From a virus, in the IMG/VR virus record IMGVR_UViG_3300006175_000004, positions 10,109 through 74,108 of that record: 64,000 bases of DNA, one strand, 5' to 3'. Below, piece by piece: positions 18,259 through 28,538 of this stretch (position 1 is its first letter; each line of letters starts with the position of its first letter). The translations under genes and the position numbers were made by a program. A model generated the notes under the pieces. The model was not told the origin of the DNA. It saw only the letters and a list, made by a program, of their open reading frames with translations, and searched no databases.

Positions 18259-20247
18259 TTATCCGTTGACCACATAAGTGAATTGAAAGGGTAGTTCTAA
18301 CGCGCCGGATTCAATCGCTGCCCGCAACAGCGCAACATTAGGAGTTGGCGGAAGCGGGGTAGATGCAACATTCAGTTCGTCGAGTGCGAATTCATTGAAC
18401 AGGGCTTCATCGAAGATCAGGCCGTTGATGTCGGTTATCAGCCTTGTCGGGAAATTGATGTTGACGATATTCCCCGGCCCCAGCGTCACGCTGATCCCGT
18501 AGGTGTTGTCGATATTAAGCGGGATACCATTGATCCCGTTCAGGAACTGCACAATCCGCAGCTTCAGCCATCGAATGTTGAAAATCTTTCCGTAGCGTCT
18601 TTCGATGTGCCACGTCAGGATGCGACGGAAGATATCGTCCGTCACCAGAACATTGTCCGCGCTGCTGGTCAGGCGAAGACCGTCGAGCTCCAATTCATTG
18701 AACAGGTAGGTATCAAATGGGCCGATCCCGGTGGTGCCCATCCCTGAACCAAGGGCAGGCCGGGCCATCCCGTAAAGCCCTTGCGCCACCCAGTCCAATA
18801 ATGCCCCGCTGATCGGATCGCCGGTATAGACGGGCAAGTGCAGCGAATTGAACCAGTCCAAGAAGGCTTGTGCGTATGTATTGTATGCTGCGACGAATGC
18901 CTGCATGTCATCGTCGTCATTGTATTCCTGATACAAATACGACGGGATGACCGTGCCTGCCGCGACGGGGATCGGGGAATTGAAATTGATCGATCCAGCC
19001 CGCGCCCCTGCGGTGGCCCTTCGCAGCGTGAAGGTAGTCGGTGGCGTCGGCGGCGGATACGTGCCATTCCAAAAGCGCATCCACAACTTCGAGCTGATCG
19101 TGTGGTTGTTCCCCGGCGGTCCCATGTAGCTGCCGAGATAGGTTGGGTGCGTTGAGGTCTCTGACCATGTGCCGTCGACGAATATCGACTGACTGACATC
19201 ATCTGAAACCTGAACACCGCCACCCGATAGATTACCTACGACAGTTAAAACCGCTGTCCCTGCTGTTGTGTCAATGGTGTAAAAATTGGTGCCGCTGGGA
19301 CCATAGTAAAGCGTTCCGTTGACGATATTGGCACGCGGAAGATTGGAAGCGTCTGACTGGTTATTGAAATTGCCAACATGACACGCCCATATCACGGACG
19401 CATCGACAGAACTGAGCTTCACAATGTAGGCTTTATTGGTGACGGACTCGTTCGTTTCACAACTGATCAGAACGTGGCCATCGGTTTGGTCGTAGCCGCA
19501 GCCGATAACGGAACCGAATTTAGTCCACGTCGGATCAACATCAGCCGGATTGAATGTCCCAAGCTTCGCCCATGAGATCACTCCGCTAGTGACAGAAATC
19601 TTATAAAGGCCCGCTGTGTACAGACTGCCGCCAATGTTGGGAACGCCCAAGACGAAAGCGGTGCCCGTTGTCGCAACAGAACCCGGCCCCGCATTCGCGG
19701 AGTGCTCATCGACCTGCCCTAGATAAGTATTGTCATTGCCTGATCCGGGGATCGGCAGAACATTCACTGAGCGACCCGCCGTGATGACCATATAATCAAG
19801 TGGCGTCGGGGTGCCCTGACGCAGCGGTGCCGTATTCGTCGGATTACCGATGTGAGCGTTGCCGGGCGAAGCGATAGAGCGGCTGGGCGATCCGAACGCC
19901 CGATTTAGAGTCAGCGTATCCGCTTTGACTATGTACCACGCGGGCCAATTCGCAGCATCCGCAGTGAATACCAAGTACCCGTTATAACTGAGGTTCAGCG
20001 GTGCCCTGTTAAACAACGCCGTTTCGACATTCGGAATGCCGATAGACGCGCTGCTCTTTTCCAGCAGCTCGGTATCATTCGGCCAATTTCCGTCAAACTT
20101 TGCCCACCCGCTGTCGGTACCGCCGCTGATTCCGCCGTAGCCAATGTAGACAAAGTTATTGACCCAATCGACCAGCAATGGGCCACCGCCACTGGTTGTG
20201 ACGATCTCGCCCGTTCGCTTGTATGCAAGGATGGCCGGTGCTGTCAT
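18259..20247 (-). CDS. baseplate wedge protein with large N-terminal beta-rich extension
   Basis: C-terminal IPSYLYQEYNDD...LLDWVAQGLYG...LELPFQF wedge-like domain, joined by PPPTPPT to ~400 aa of propeller-like sequence. Confidence 0.65.
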   Translation of the reverse strand: MTAPAILAYKRTGEIVTTSGGGPLLVDWVNNFVYIGYGGISGGTDSGWAKFDGNWPNDTELLEKSSASIGIPNVETALFNRAPLNLSYNGYLVFTADAANWPAWYIVKADTLTLNRAFGSPSRSIASPGNAHIGNPTNTAPLRQGTPTPLDYMVITAGRSVNVLPIPGSGNDNTYLGQVDEHSANAGPGSVATTGTAFVLGVPNIGGSLYTAGLYKISVTSGVISWAKLGTFNPADVDPTWTKFGSVIGCGYDQTDGHVLISCETNESVTNKAYIVKLSSVDASVIWACHVGNFNNQSDASNLPRANIVNGTLYYGPSGTNFYTIDTTAGTAVLTVVGNLSGGGVQVSDDVSQSIFVDGTWSETSTHPTYLGSYMGPPGNNHTISSKLWMRFWNGTYPPPTPPTTFTLRRATAGARAGSINFNSPIPVAAGTVIPSYLYQEYNDDDDMQAFVAAYNTYAQAFLDWFNSLHLPVYTGDPISGALLDWVAQGLYGMARPALGSGMGTTGIGPFDTYLFNELELDGLRLTSSADNVLVTDDIFRRILTWHIERRYGKIFNIRWLKLRIVQFLNGINGIPLNIDNTYGISVTLGPGNIVNINFPTRLITDINGLIFDEALFNEFALDELNVASTPLPPTPNVALLRAAIESGALELPFQFTYVVNG

Positions 20248-20251
20248 GGGA

Positions 20252-20713
20252 TTAGGTCAGCGCAAGAATGGATGATCCCGCCGTGTTGGCAGGAAGAAGG
20301 AGCGTCAGCGTATTACTTGAAACGGGGATGATCCCGCCAAAGTTGCCGACATAGGCCGCTCGGTTCGATTTGGTCTTGTTGTAGATCACGCAGCCGGATG
20401 TGCTGAAGGTCGCGGCGACCCACGATGGATTGACCGACCATGACCAAACGCACTCCGATCCTGAAATCGCTGGCGTGATATTCTGAACGTTGGTCCAAAC
20501 AAATCCGCCTGTGACATATCCGCTGCCATTCGGCAGTTCGTCGCTGTTGCCTGTCAGATCGGAATAATTGGTGGTGTCCGGCCCATAGGTGCCAGTTGGG
20601 GCAGCAACCCCCAAAGCAAGGGCAAAAGCATCGCCACCGCTGCTGAAGTCCTGAATCGCTGTCGCGAGCTCAAGCTTCAGGCTGTTTGGAAAGGCTGTGG
20701 TAAATCCGGCCAT
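20252..20713 (-). CDS. putative virion structural protein
   Basis: ELPNGSGYVTGG motif seen in phage tail-associated proteins. Confidence 0.6.
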   Translation of the reverse strand: MAGFTTAFPNSLKLELATAIQDFSSGGDAFALALGVAAPTGTYGPDTTNYSDLTGNSDELPNGSGYVTGGFVWTNVQNITPAISGSECVWSWSVNPSWVAATFSTSGCVIYNKTKSNRAAYVGNFGGIIPVSSNTLTLLLPANTAGSSILALT

Positions 20714-21091
20714 CTAAGTCCCCAAAATGTCAATGTAGCTGCGTGCGTTGCGAAGAAGAACATCCCTGACCGCATCGCGCACGGGCGTAGCGGTGAACAT
20801 GAAGGACCATTCTGTCGACTTCACGATTTCCCAAATGACGTACCACATTTCATCCGCAGCCGGGCCGGGCAGGTCCGTCGATTGCAGGCCCCGGAATTGA
20901 TCCGCCAAGCGCCACGCAATCTGCCGACGCAAGGCCGCAATCAGCATGACCCTCTCCACCTTGGCTTCAGGGGCCGGGCGGACAATCATATCCGTTGTGG
21001 CCTTCGCCCATGCCAACGGATCAGGCTTCCCCGGCGCTGACAGCATCGGGCGAAGAACCCCGGCTCTAGGACCGGCAGACGCGGGCTCCAT
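20714..21091 (-). CDS. hypothetical protein
   Basis: ORF within the tail operon. Confidence 0.6.
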   Translation of the reverse strand: MEPASAGPRAGVLRPMLSAPGKPDPLAWAKATTDMIVRPAPEAKVERVMLIAALRRQIAWRLADQFRGLQSTDLPGPAADEMWYVIWEIVKSTEWSFMFTATPVRDAVRDVLLRNARSYIDILGT

Positions 21092-21098
21092 GCTGATT

Positions 21099-22511
21099 TT
21101 ATCCCTGTGAAACGACGATCTGGCTGGAGTCAGTCAGGAAGAAGCTTTGAGGATCGCCCGGAATGATCGATGTGCCCGCCGTGGGCAGCACGCCCACGCC
21201 ATTGATCGACACGGCGAACAGCAAGCGCGTCAGCAATTGCGGCGGAAGGATATCAGCCACCGCTGCTGAAAAGACGCTTTGCAATTCGAGCACATTGATT
21301 GGCTGCCCCACTGCGATGCCGTTGATGTAAGCCACAATCTCCGGAATCGCCGCTGCCGATATCGCGACCGGTGAAATGAAATTGGTGGCGTTCGTATTCC
21401 AAGTCACCGCAATCGCCACATCCTGCTGCGGCGGATTGACGTAGGTCACCAAATAGGTGTCCGGATAATCGTAGATCGACACGGTGATATTGCGATTGTT
21501 CGGAGTCACAATCCCACCGCCCGTGTATGGGGCATAGGCTGACGTATCAATCCCAATGCTGAAGTGCGTCGAATCGACCACCGTCACCACGAATGTGCCA
21601 TTGTAGCTGGTCACCACGGAATCCGAGATGGTAGCCGATTGCCCGTTCACGAAGCCGTGATCGAGCGAAGTATGGACCACGCCCGGATTGGCAGGCGTGA
21701 CATCAAGCACTTCGTTGATCGATCCGACCAGCGTGGATATGTCGAACAGGGCAATGAAGATCGCGTAGGCCACCTCATTCGGATCGCCACCGCCGCAAAG
21801 GATTGACCATCCGCCTGTGGGTTCCTGAACCACCGATATCAGACGGGCTTGCACGCCGGTCACTTTTGCCAGCAGCGTTTTCAGCATCCGGGCCATACCC
21901 TGCGATGCGACCAAGCCCGCCATCAGCACCCGGCTGCGGTAGGCTTCTTCCGTTTCCGCTGCGCTTCCGGGCGTGCCGGTTTCAGGATTGTCGACCGACA
22001 ATGTGATCGTCGATGGCACAGATGTGATCAAGCCCGTGACGGAATTCGCTGGCACCGCCCATTCGCCGGTCTGATTGGCGATGCAAAACATGGGGGATGA
22101 AATCCCACCCGATCCAACAATCCCGCCATCCTGCACCACATATTGATGGGTGCCATCCGTGACCGTGAAGCCGACGGAAATCACGAAGCCGGGTGTGCCG
22201 CTGAAGACCACGAAGACCGATGTGTTGGTCGACAGATTGGGGATAATCCCGTAGACGCCCGCACCAAGCTGGTTCAGCAGGAATTCATTGGCCCCGAATG
22301 GCGACAGCGAATTGATAAGGTCAATCCGCATCTGGTCCATTTGAGTTATCGCACCGACATCGGTGCTGCTGATGTCTTCGATCAGCGATCCCGGCAGCGC
22401 GGTGTAGCCGGGGCGGACAGCGGCGACCAATGCCAAAAGCCCCGCAAGCCATACGGCGGGCGGTGTGGGTTGCAATCCTGCGGCGGTGAGTGTCGTCGGT
22501 AACGTGACCAT
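21099..22511 (-). CDS. baseplate J-like protein
   Basis: LPGSLIEDISSTD, ETEEAYRSRV; carries an inserted FCCH-like beta domain. Confidence 0.85.
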   Translation of the reverse strand: MVTLPTTLTAAGLQPTPPAVWLAGLLALVAAVRPGYTALPGSLIEDISSTDVGAITQMDQMRIDLINSLSPFGANEFLLNQLGAGVYGIIPNLSTNTSVFVVFSGTPGFVISVGFTVTDGTHQYVVQDGGIVGSGGISSPMFCIANQTGEWAVPANSVTGLITSVPSTITLSVDNPETGTPGSAAETEEAYRSRVLMAGLVASQGMARMLKTLLAKVTGVQARLISVVQEPTGGWSILCGGGDPNEVAYAIFIALFDISTLVGSINEVLDVTPANPGVVHTSLDHGFVNGQSATISDSVVTSYNGTFVVTVVDSTHFSIGIDTSAYAPYTGGGIVTPNNRNITVSIYDYPDTYLVTYVNPPQQDVAIAVTWNTNATNFISPVAISAAAIPEIVAYINGIAVGQPINVLELQSVFSAAVADILPPQLLTRLLFAVSINGVGVLPTAGTSIIPGDPQSFFLTDSSQIVVSQG

Positions 22512-22883
22512 TTAGTACCCCGGTCGTTGCGATAATTCGGACAGCGGAACATCAATTTTGATCTGCTGCCCCTGATGGGTGATGACGGAAACATTGTAAG
22601 TCGGTGTGCGCGATGGCTGCTTGATGATGATCAGGCTCGCGAAGAAGCCCGCAAACAATTGCTGGGTGCGGGTGACATAAAAATCGGGAAAGACCTGTTG
22701 CAGCACTGATGGCTTCGCCGGAATTCCGTAGTTGGCGTAGAAGGGCGATTCGCCAAGGTTCAGCAGAAGCACTTGGATCAGATTGACCAAATAGACCGCG
22801 TCATTCGATCCGTTAGCAGCGGTTTCGACGACCGTCCATTTCTTGTTTCCCATCGGGTCGGTATATCGTCCGAAAATTCTCAC
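22512..22883 (-). CDS. baseplate wedge/sheath initiator (gp25-like position)
   Basis: LNLGESPFYANYGIP; immediately upstream of baseplate J. Confidence 0.7.
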   Translation of the reverse strand: MRIFGRYTDPMGNKKWTVVETAANGSNDAVYLVNLIQVLLLNLGESPFYANYGIPAKPSVLQQVFPDFYVTRTQQLFAGFFASLIIIKQPSRTPTYNVSVITHQGQQIKIDVPLSELSQRPGY

Positions 22884-23995
22884 TGCGACCAGTCCTTTAT
22901 CATGGCGTTGCGACGGTAGAATTCGAGATTGGATTTCATCCGGTCATCGTCCGGTGCCAACTCCACCGCAGCTTCAGCTTGGGTCACCGCGATGGAATGC
23001 AGCCCCAAGTGCCAAGCGGCGATGGATGCAAGGTCGTGCGGCTGCGCACCCCATGACGCAGGATCGTCTGTGTAGAACCCTTCGTGGTTTGTTATCGCAA
23101 GGGCCGACATCGTGGCCCCGAAGCATTCTGCCCAACGAGCCGAATGGTGGGCAAGCATCGCCAAAGCGCACCACGGTTCTCTTGTATGCGGTGCTTCAGC
23201 GGTAGCCCTACGTGCCCACATCAGGGCTTCAGAACGATTCCCCAATTCTTCGTAGCTGCGGGAAATCACCAGCATGGCGTAGCAGACTTCGTGCGGCCAC
23301 GCGGACTTCGGAAGCGCGAGATATTTCTTGTAGGCTTCGATGGCTTCCGTCCATTTGCGGTGGAAGCCAAGTTCACGCGCATAGTAGAAGCAGTTCCGTG
23401 GATCATTGGGTTCTTCCCTGACCGACGCTGCAAGCAGGTCAAGGTATTGGCCCCGGCTTTTGGAATTGTCGGGTTTGTGTTCCATCAGCATTGCGAATGA
23501 ATCCGCCCACACTTCTTCGATGCGATCCGGCACCAAGTATTCGTGGCAGGGATGGTGCCAACGGTGCCCGTGGCGTGAGTGAATTCTGTCAGCCCGGAAG
23601 GTCAGCCCGCCACCGCAATCGAAACCAAAGCGAAGGCGGGTGGTCTGCCCCAACTTCCAAACCCTTTCGATTTCTTCGCGCCATCCCGGCTGCAATACTT
23701 CGTCCAGATCAAGCGCGATGCACACATCGATGTCGCTCGGGATCAAAGCCAAGGCGGCATTACGGGCGACATCAAATCGCCAAGGCGAAATATACACGTC
23801 GTGGACAAAGACTTTTGGATTGCCATCCCCGACCCGAATCGCCGGTTCGTTCGCCCAGCGCCACGCCAAGTCTCTCGTTCCGTCATTTGATCCAGTATCC
23901 GCAATCAGAATCACATCGGCTGCCGCTGCGGAATCAAGGAAGCGGTAGACGAACTGCGATTCATTTTTCGCGATGGCGTAGACAGCGATCTTCAT
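22880..23995 (-). CDS. GT2 glycosyltransferase with TPR repeats
   Basis: IAKNE, DTGSNDGT, FDVARN, DxD motif LDLDE, HE motif; C-terminal TPR helices. Confidence 0.92.
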   Translation of the reverse strand: MKIAVYAIAKNESQFVYRFLDSAAAADVILIADTGSNDGTRDLAWRWANEPAIRVGDGNPKVFVHDVYISPWRFDVARNAALALIPSDIDVCIALDLDEVLQPGWREEIERVWKLGQTTRLRFGFDCGGGLTFRADRIHSRHGHRWHHPCHEYLVPDRIEEVWADSFAMLMEHKPDNSKSRGQYLDLLAASVREEPNDPRNCFYYARELGFHRKWTEAIEAYKKYLALPKSAWPHEVCYAMLVISRSYEELGNRSEALMWARRATAEAPHTREPWCALAMLAHHSARWAECFGATMSALAITNHEGFYTDDPASWGAQPHDLASIAAWHLGLHSIAVTQAEAAVELAPDDDRMKSNLEFYRRNAMIKDWSQ

Positions 23996-24002
23996 GAGGT
24001 GC

Positions 24003-24395
24003 TCACGTTTGGACAAAAACAAATGGCCGCGTCGTCACCGATATAACCGCAAGGATCGGCAGGAAGTGGGCACGCAGGATGGCCGGGCTTTCTAATGACA
24101 TCGGAGCAGCGCGATGTGTAGGTGGCCAATAGAATGCCTGTATCGGGTAGATCATCCGCCGTGCCCGCCGTGCCGGTGGTTCCACATAGGGCGGAAATCG
24201 CATCGGCCTCGGTGTGTACACCGCGACGTTTACAGGAATGTCCGACATCAGGACTTCGCGAGCGCACTGGGCCAACTGAGCCATCGGCGTGCCATCCAGC
24301 AGCACTTCGCGGGCGACCTGCGCGAATTGCGACTTCGGAGTGCCGTCCATCAGGACTTCGCGGCAAACCTGTGCGAAGCGGGCGAACGTCGTCAT
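24003..24395 (-). CDS. small protein with three 17-aa AQxxREVL repeats
   Basis: FAQVCREVLMDGTP / FAQVAREVLLDGTP / LAQCAREVLMSD. Confidence 0.7.
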   Translation of the reverse strand: MTTFARFAQVCREVLMDGTPKSQFAQVAREVLLDGTPMAQLAQCAREVLMSDIPVNVAVYTPRPMRFPPYVEPPARRARRMIYPIQAFYWPPTHRAAPMSLESPAILRAHFLPILAVISVTTRPFVFVQT

Positions 24396-25903
24396 GAGTC
24401 GATCTTGTAGCCAGACGTTGCAGCATTAAGCGTGGTCGAGGTCCACGGAGTCACGCCACCGCTGTCGGTTTCAAACAACGATACGATGTACGACCAGCTT
24501 GTGCCGGGTGCCTGCGCTCCGCCGCTGACGTCCACGCCCAACGATTTCATGTGCAAGCTGACTGTCCGCGCCCCTGCATCTGAATTCTGCACAAGTCCAT
24601 AGACGTTGACGCAATAGATCGAATTCGGCGTCGTCGCGATGGCCGGGAAGCCAAACAGGTCTTCGTGATTGACCACTGAATCCTGATTGTAATTCAGCGA
24701 AGTGTTGGTGCCGTTCAGGTTGCCCGGTGATGGCGGCACCTGATTTTCCTGCGGGTAATTCGCAGCCATCCCGGTCAGGTTGCCGTAGATCGCCCATGAC
24801 GCCAGCGAACCAGTCATCGCAGGGGCGGTGCCCGGTGCTCCGGAGCCGTAGGTATTGGCCGCGCTGAAACCAAGCAGGCTGCTATCGCTCTGGTACAACG
24901 ACACCGAAGTGTCGGTGATGTAACCGATCCAATACGGTGTTCCGCCCGTTAAAGCTTGCGGCGTGACGAGCGCCAAATTGAAGCGCGTGTTCGCTGTGGT
25001 GCCAACAACTTCTGTACCGGACGAAAGCAGCGTGTGTGCCGCCCCACCGCTGTCGTTGTAAATCACGCCCTTGAACTTTGCAGCAGCGCTTGTTGCCTGC
25101 GGAACAATTCCGATGGAATTGATCGTGCAGTTAACCTGCGGCGTGTATTTCCGCAGCACCAATCTGTTCGCGCCGGGTGCGCTGTTTGCATTGTTGTTCG
25201 AGACATCCCACCGACCGAGAACGCCAACCTGAGCGGTGAACTGCACCGCCGAATCCGAGTTCGGGAAATCGGTCTCGATGCGCGGATTCGTCAGCAGCAG
25301 CGTGTTGTTGAACGAGCCGGAATTGTCATTGATGTAAAGGTCATCATAAATGGTGACGCTGCCGGAGCCGCTGTGCAGCGTGAAATTGTCATATGTCGCT
25401 GCGGCCCACGTCAGCCCGGATTGGTTGATCGAGGTGATGAGGCCATTGAGGTAAATCTTGCAGGTGCCGGTGCCGGTGGTGCTGAGTAGAATTTCAATCT
25501 CAAGCACATTGGTTGAGTTCGCCGCGACCGATTGCGCCGAGGTAAAGAGCGTGCCGGACCCGAACGAGTTGCCGGTTCCAACGGTGACATTTCCTGACGT
25601 GTTGAACGCGACCCAACAGATCGCGGTGCTTCCGAGGGTGAACCAAAATCCCGCGTTGCCGCCGTTGTTCTGCGACATGCGACAACCCAACAGGATTTTC
25701 GCAGTCGGCGCTCCGATGGCTTGGGAGCCAAGGGACTGATTGCCCTGAAGCGCCACCGCGAATCCGGTGTTCGACAGCGGCGCAACGAGGGAGCCGACTG
25801 TCGCGCCATTCCACCGCAGCGCGAGGTTGTTGGCGCTGATGGCGTCGTTCACGCCTGACAACTGGCAGTATTTGTCGAAACCGTCAGTGAAGCGATTGGT
25901 CAC
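24392..25903 (-). CDS. beta-rich tail/fibre-associated structural protein
   Basis: 503 aa, rich in S/T/G/N; FTDGFD and YDDLYIND lectin-like fold motifs. Confidence 0.7.
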   Translation of the reverse strand: MTNRFTDGFDKYCQLSGVNDAISANNLALRWNGATVGSLVAPLSNTGFAVALQGNQSLGSQAIGAPTAKILLGCRMSQNNGGNAGFWFTLGSTAICWVAFNTSGNVTVGTGNSFGSGTLFTSAQSVAANSTNVLEIEILLSTTGTGTCKIYLNGLITSINQSGLTWAAATYDNFTLHSGSGSVTIYDDLYINDNSGSFNNTLLLTNPRIETDFPNSDSAVQFTAQVGVLGRWDVSNNNANSAPGANRLVLRKYTPQVNCTINSIGIVPQATSAAAKFKGVIYNDSGGAAHTLLSSGTEVVGTTANTRFNLALVTPQALTGGTPYWIGYITDTSVSLYQSDSSLLGFSAANTYGSGAPGTAPAMTGSLASWAIYGNLTGMAANYPQENQVPPSPGNLNGTNTSLNYNQDSVVNHEDLFGFPAIATTPNSIYCVNVYGLVQNSDAGARTVSLHMKSLGVDVSGGAQAPGTSWSYIVSLFETDSGGVTPWTSTTLNAATSGYKIDS

Positions 25904-25906
25904 GGA

Positions 25907-26380
25907 TCAATCAACTTCTTCAAAGTCCACGCCACCGGAAAGGTGCACTGTTCCAGTCGGAGCGCTGAGCAATTCCCAAACGAAGCCCGCAGCAGCGGCG
26001 ATGTTAAATGGCTGCCTGCCTTGCTGAGCGGAATCGTAACCGTTGTAAACGTGGCAGCCCTGTTCATCGACAATTGCTGCGGTGCCGCCTGTGGTCGCCT
26101 TCGATGTATCGTTAACATGGGCGGTAGCCTGAGCCGCAGCATCGGTTTGTGACGCAATCTTCTGTGGCGTTGGAACCGTTCCGCCTGAACCCTGCGTCAC
26201 CGTCGCAGGAAGCACGCGGGCACGCATCTGAAGCATTTGCGATACCGGCAGCGAAGTGTCGGTCGCCGTCAGCCAATAGCGTAGGATTTTACCCGGCACG
26301 GCTGCGGCGAATTTCAATGAGACCAAATCTTGCGCCGCTGAAACGGCCACGCCTTCAAATGTCACGGTATATTTTGGCAT
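25907..26380 (-). CDS. putative structural protein
   Basis: 157-aa beta-rich ORF in the tail operon. Confidence 0.6.
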   Translation of the reverse strand: MPKYTVTFEGVAVSAAQDLVSLKFAAAVPGKILRYWLTATDTSLPVSQMLQMRARVLPATVTQGSGGTVPTPQKIASQTDAAAQATAHVNDTSKATTGGTAAIVDEQGCHVYNGYDSAQQGRQPFNIAAAAGFVWELLSAPTGTVHLSGGVDFEEVD

Positions 26381-26381
26381 T

Positions 26382-27536
26382 TCATCTTGTCCCTATGAAT
26401 AGAAAGGAAAGCCCGAAGGCCGATCCATCCGCCACAGCCGGGGCGACGAATTTGAACAGATCACCCGTGAAGTTGATGGTCGAAGGAAAAGTGATAACCC
26501 CGGTGGTCAGCCCTGCGGGAACTGTCACCGATCCGATATTGACCGCCCCATTGAGAAAGTTGGCCGTCCAATCCGCAGCGGGCGGACCTTCGAACTCAAC
26601 AATGCTGCCCGGCATTCCCGCCGCGATCTGATACCCAACCTTGGTAGGCAGGGCGAAGACTTCATTGTTGGGCGATGCAAGCGGCAGGTACCACGATCCT
26701 TGGGGCTGCCAAGCATTGACAGAAGTGGCGATTGCGGTCGCCACGCCGCCGATGATCCGAATGGTGACCCCGTCACCCATAACGATTCCGAATTGCGCGT
26801 CGTCGCCAAGCTGCACAGCCGGGGCCGCATTCGCCCGCATGTATTGTGTGCCGCTGCCATTGATCGCAATCGGCCCCGCAAGGGCTGTAGGATTGCCCGG
26901 CTGCGGGCCACCGCCACCCCCGCCCCAATTGACCGAGAAGACACCCCCAATGCTTGTGATCGACGAATTGTCAGGCGAAGCCAAGCCAAGCAAGCCCGGC
27001 AGGGCGAAGGGCGACCCATTGATGATGACTTCCCCCGTCATCCCAATCGTAGGGGCCGTGGCTTGCACGCCAGCATTGTTCACAAGCAGGGATGACCCAC
27101 CGCCTATCGTCCGGAGCAAGGCCCCGTCCGGGCCGTAAATCACGACCTGATCGGGGCTGTCCGCCACCGTCCAGTTCTTGTTGGCCAGCGGCATGAAGAA
27201 CAGCGTCGACAGATTGGCAGCCGGGGCCAAGCTTGCTGTCCCTACCCCAAGCCCTGTCTGACCGCCCAAGCGGGCATCCACAGCGACCACTGTGCCCTTA
27301 TCGCCGGGCCTGATGGGATACCGGATATACTCCGGGCCGAACATCGGAACCGTGACATTCGGCAGCGTGAATGGCGTGTTCGTCAGTTCGAACTTCACCG
27401 TCACAATTGATCCGTCGACCGACACCACAGATGCGGGCAGGGATTTTCCAAGGTTCTGAATCGCGTTCGCTGCCTTCTTCGCAGCGAATTGGTTCATCGA
27501 AACTTGGAACGGGGTCTTTTGTGCATTGTTCGCCAT
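26382..27536 (-). CDS. baseplate central spike (gpV/Gp138-like) with C-terminal extension
   Basis: N-terminal OB-like LPASVVSVDG...YIRYPIRPGDKG; Gly-rich linker and extra C-terminal domain. Confidence 0.75.
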   Translation of the reverse strand: MANNAQKTPFQVSMNQFAAKKAANAIQNLGKSLPASVVSVDGSIVTVKFELTNTPFTLPNVTVPMFGPEYIRYPIRPGDKGTVVAVDARLGGQTGLGVGTASLAPAANLSTLFFMPLANKNWTVADSPDQVVIYGPDGALLRTIGGGSSLLVNNAGVQATAPTIGMTGEVIINGSPFALPGLLGLASPDNSSITSIGGVFSVNWGGGGGGPQPGNPTALAGPIAINGSGTQYMRANAAPAVQLGDDAQFGIVMGDGVTIRIIGGVATAIATSVNAWQPQGSWYLPLASPNNEVFALPTKVGYQIAAGMPGSIVEFEGPPAADWTANFLNGAVNIGSVTVPAGLTTGVITFPSTINFTGDLFKFVAPAVADGSAFGLSFLFIGTR

Positions 27537-27542
27537 TGCTGG

Positions 27543-28538
27543 CTACCCGGTCTTTTGGGCGGAAGCGTCGATCACGGTCACCCAACTATCAGCGTCAGGC
27601 TGCCGGAAGTTTCCGACATGGCGAACCTGCTGCACCAAGAATGATCCCTGAAACGCGGTCTTCAGATCGACTTGCCCGGATTCCGCTGCCTGCGTCGTGG
27701 TGGCGAATATCCCCTGTGGCATTTTGACAATGTCGCTCAATTTGATGTCGGCCCGCATAGGGCACTTGAACTGTATAAGGTTCGGCCCGATCCATGTTGG
27801 CTGCCCGATCAAATCCTTGAACAAGATATTCGTGGGTATCTGATTCACTGTCCCATCGAAGACCGAGAAGACCTTTTCCGTCAGCGCGATTCTGACCCCG
27901 CTATAAGCCCCGCCGATCAGATCGGCAGACATGCCCTGAATGTATGTCGCGTATTCTTCGATGGTTTGGTAGTAGCCGGTATCCGCAACATCCTGCGTGA
28001 AGACCAGATCAGGCGATATCTCGATGTCGGCGGTATATCCGGGGAAGGCTGTCGAAAGCGTTTGAGCGATTGCATCCTTGAGCAGCGTGCCCTTGGCCCA
28101 TGAATGGACGATGTTCTTGGGCTTCGCAATTGTGCCAGCATCGACATTCAGGATCAGATCGAGCGACATTTCTGTGCCGATCCAGTTGCCGAAAGCCTGA
28201 AAGACAAAACCCGAAAACAGCAGCCCGGACAGCAGCGGATTGGCGAGCGGCAAGCCCTTCTGCATTCCGCCATAGACCGCAACCTGAAACCCGTTCAGAT
28301 CATGCGCCTGACTGATTTCCTGAAGACTGATTCCATGTATCTTGATGAATGACCCGCCCGCAGGCGTGCCGAATGAGGACACGATGATGTCCATTTCAAC
28401 ATTCAGTGCGCCGGGCAGCGTCTTCCCGGCCACGAAGCTGGTATACGAAGTATCAAACGCCTGAAGCCTTGCGAGCGACTGCGGGATGAATATCTGCCCG
28501 GTCGCCGTGTTGGTAAGCCTGATCGAATAGTACCGCAT
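27543..28538 (-). CDS. baseplate hub protein
   Basis: DLIGQPTWI, VRHVGNFRQPD..SWVTV; synteny. Confidence 0.75.
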   Translation of the reverse strand: MRYYSIRLTNTATGQIFIPQSLARLQAFDTSYTSFVAGKTLPGALNVEMDIIVSSFGTPAGGSFIKIHGISLQEISQAHDLNGFQVAVYGGMQKGLPLANPLLSGLLFSGFVFQAFGNWIGTEMSLDLILNVDAGTIAKPKNIVHSWAKGTLLKDAIAQTLSTAFPGYTADIEISPDLVFTQDVADTGYYQTIEEYATYIQGMSADLIGGAYSGVRIALTEKVFSVFDGTVNQIPTNILFKDLIGQPTWIGPNLIQFKCPMRADIKLSDIVKMPQGIFATTTQAAESGQVDLKTAFQGSFLVQQVRHVGNFRQPDADSWVTVIDASAQKTG

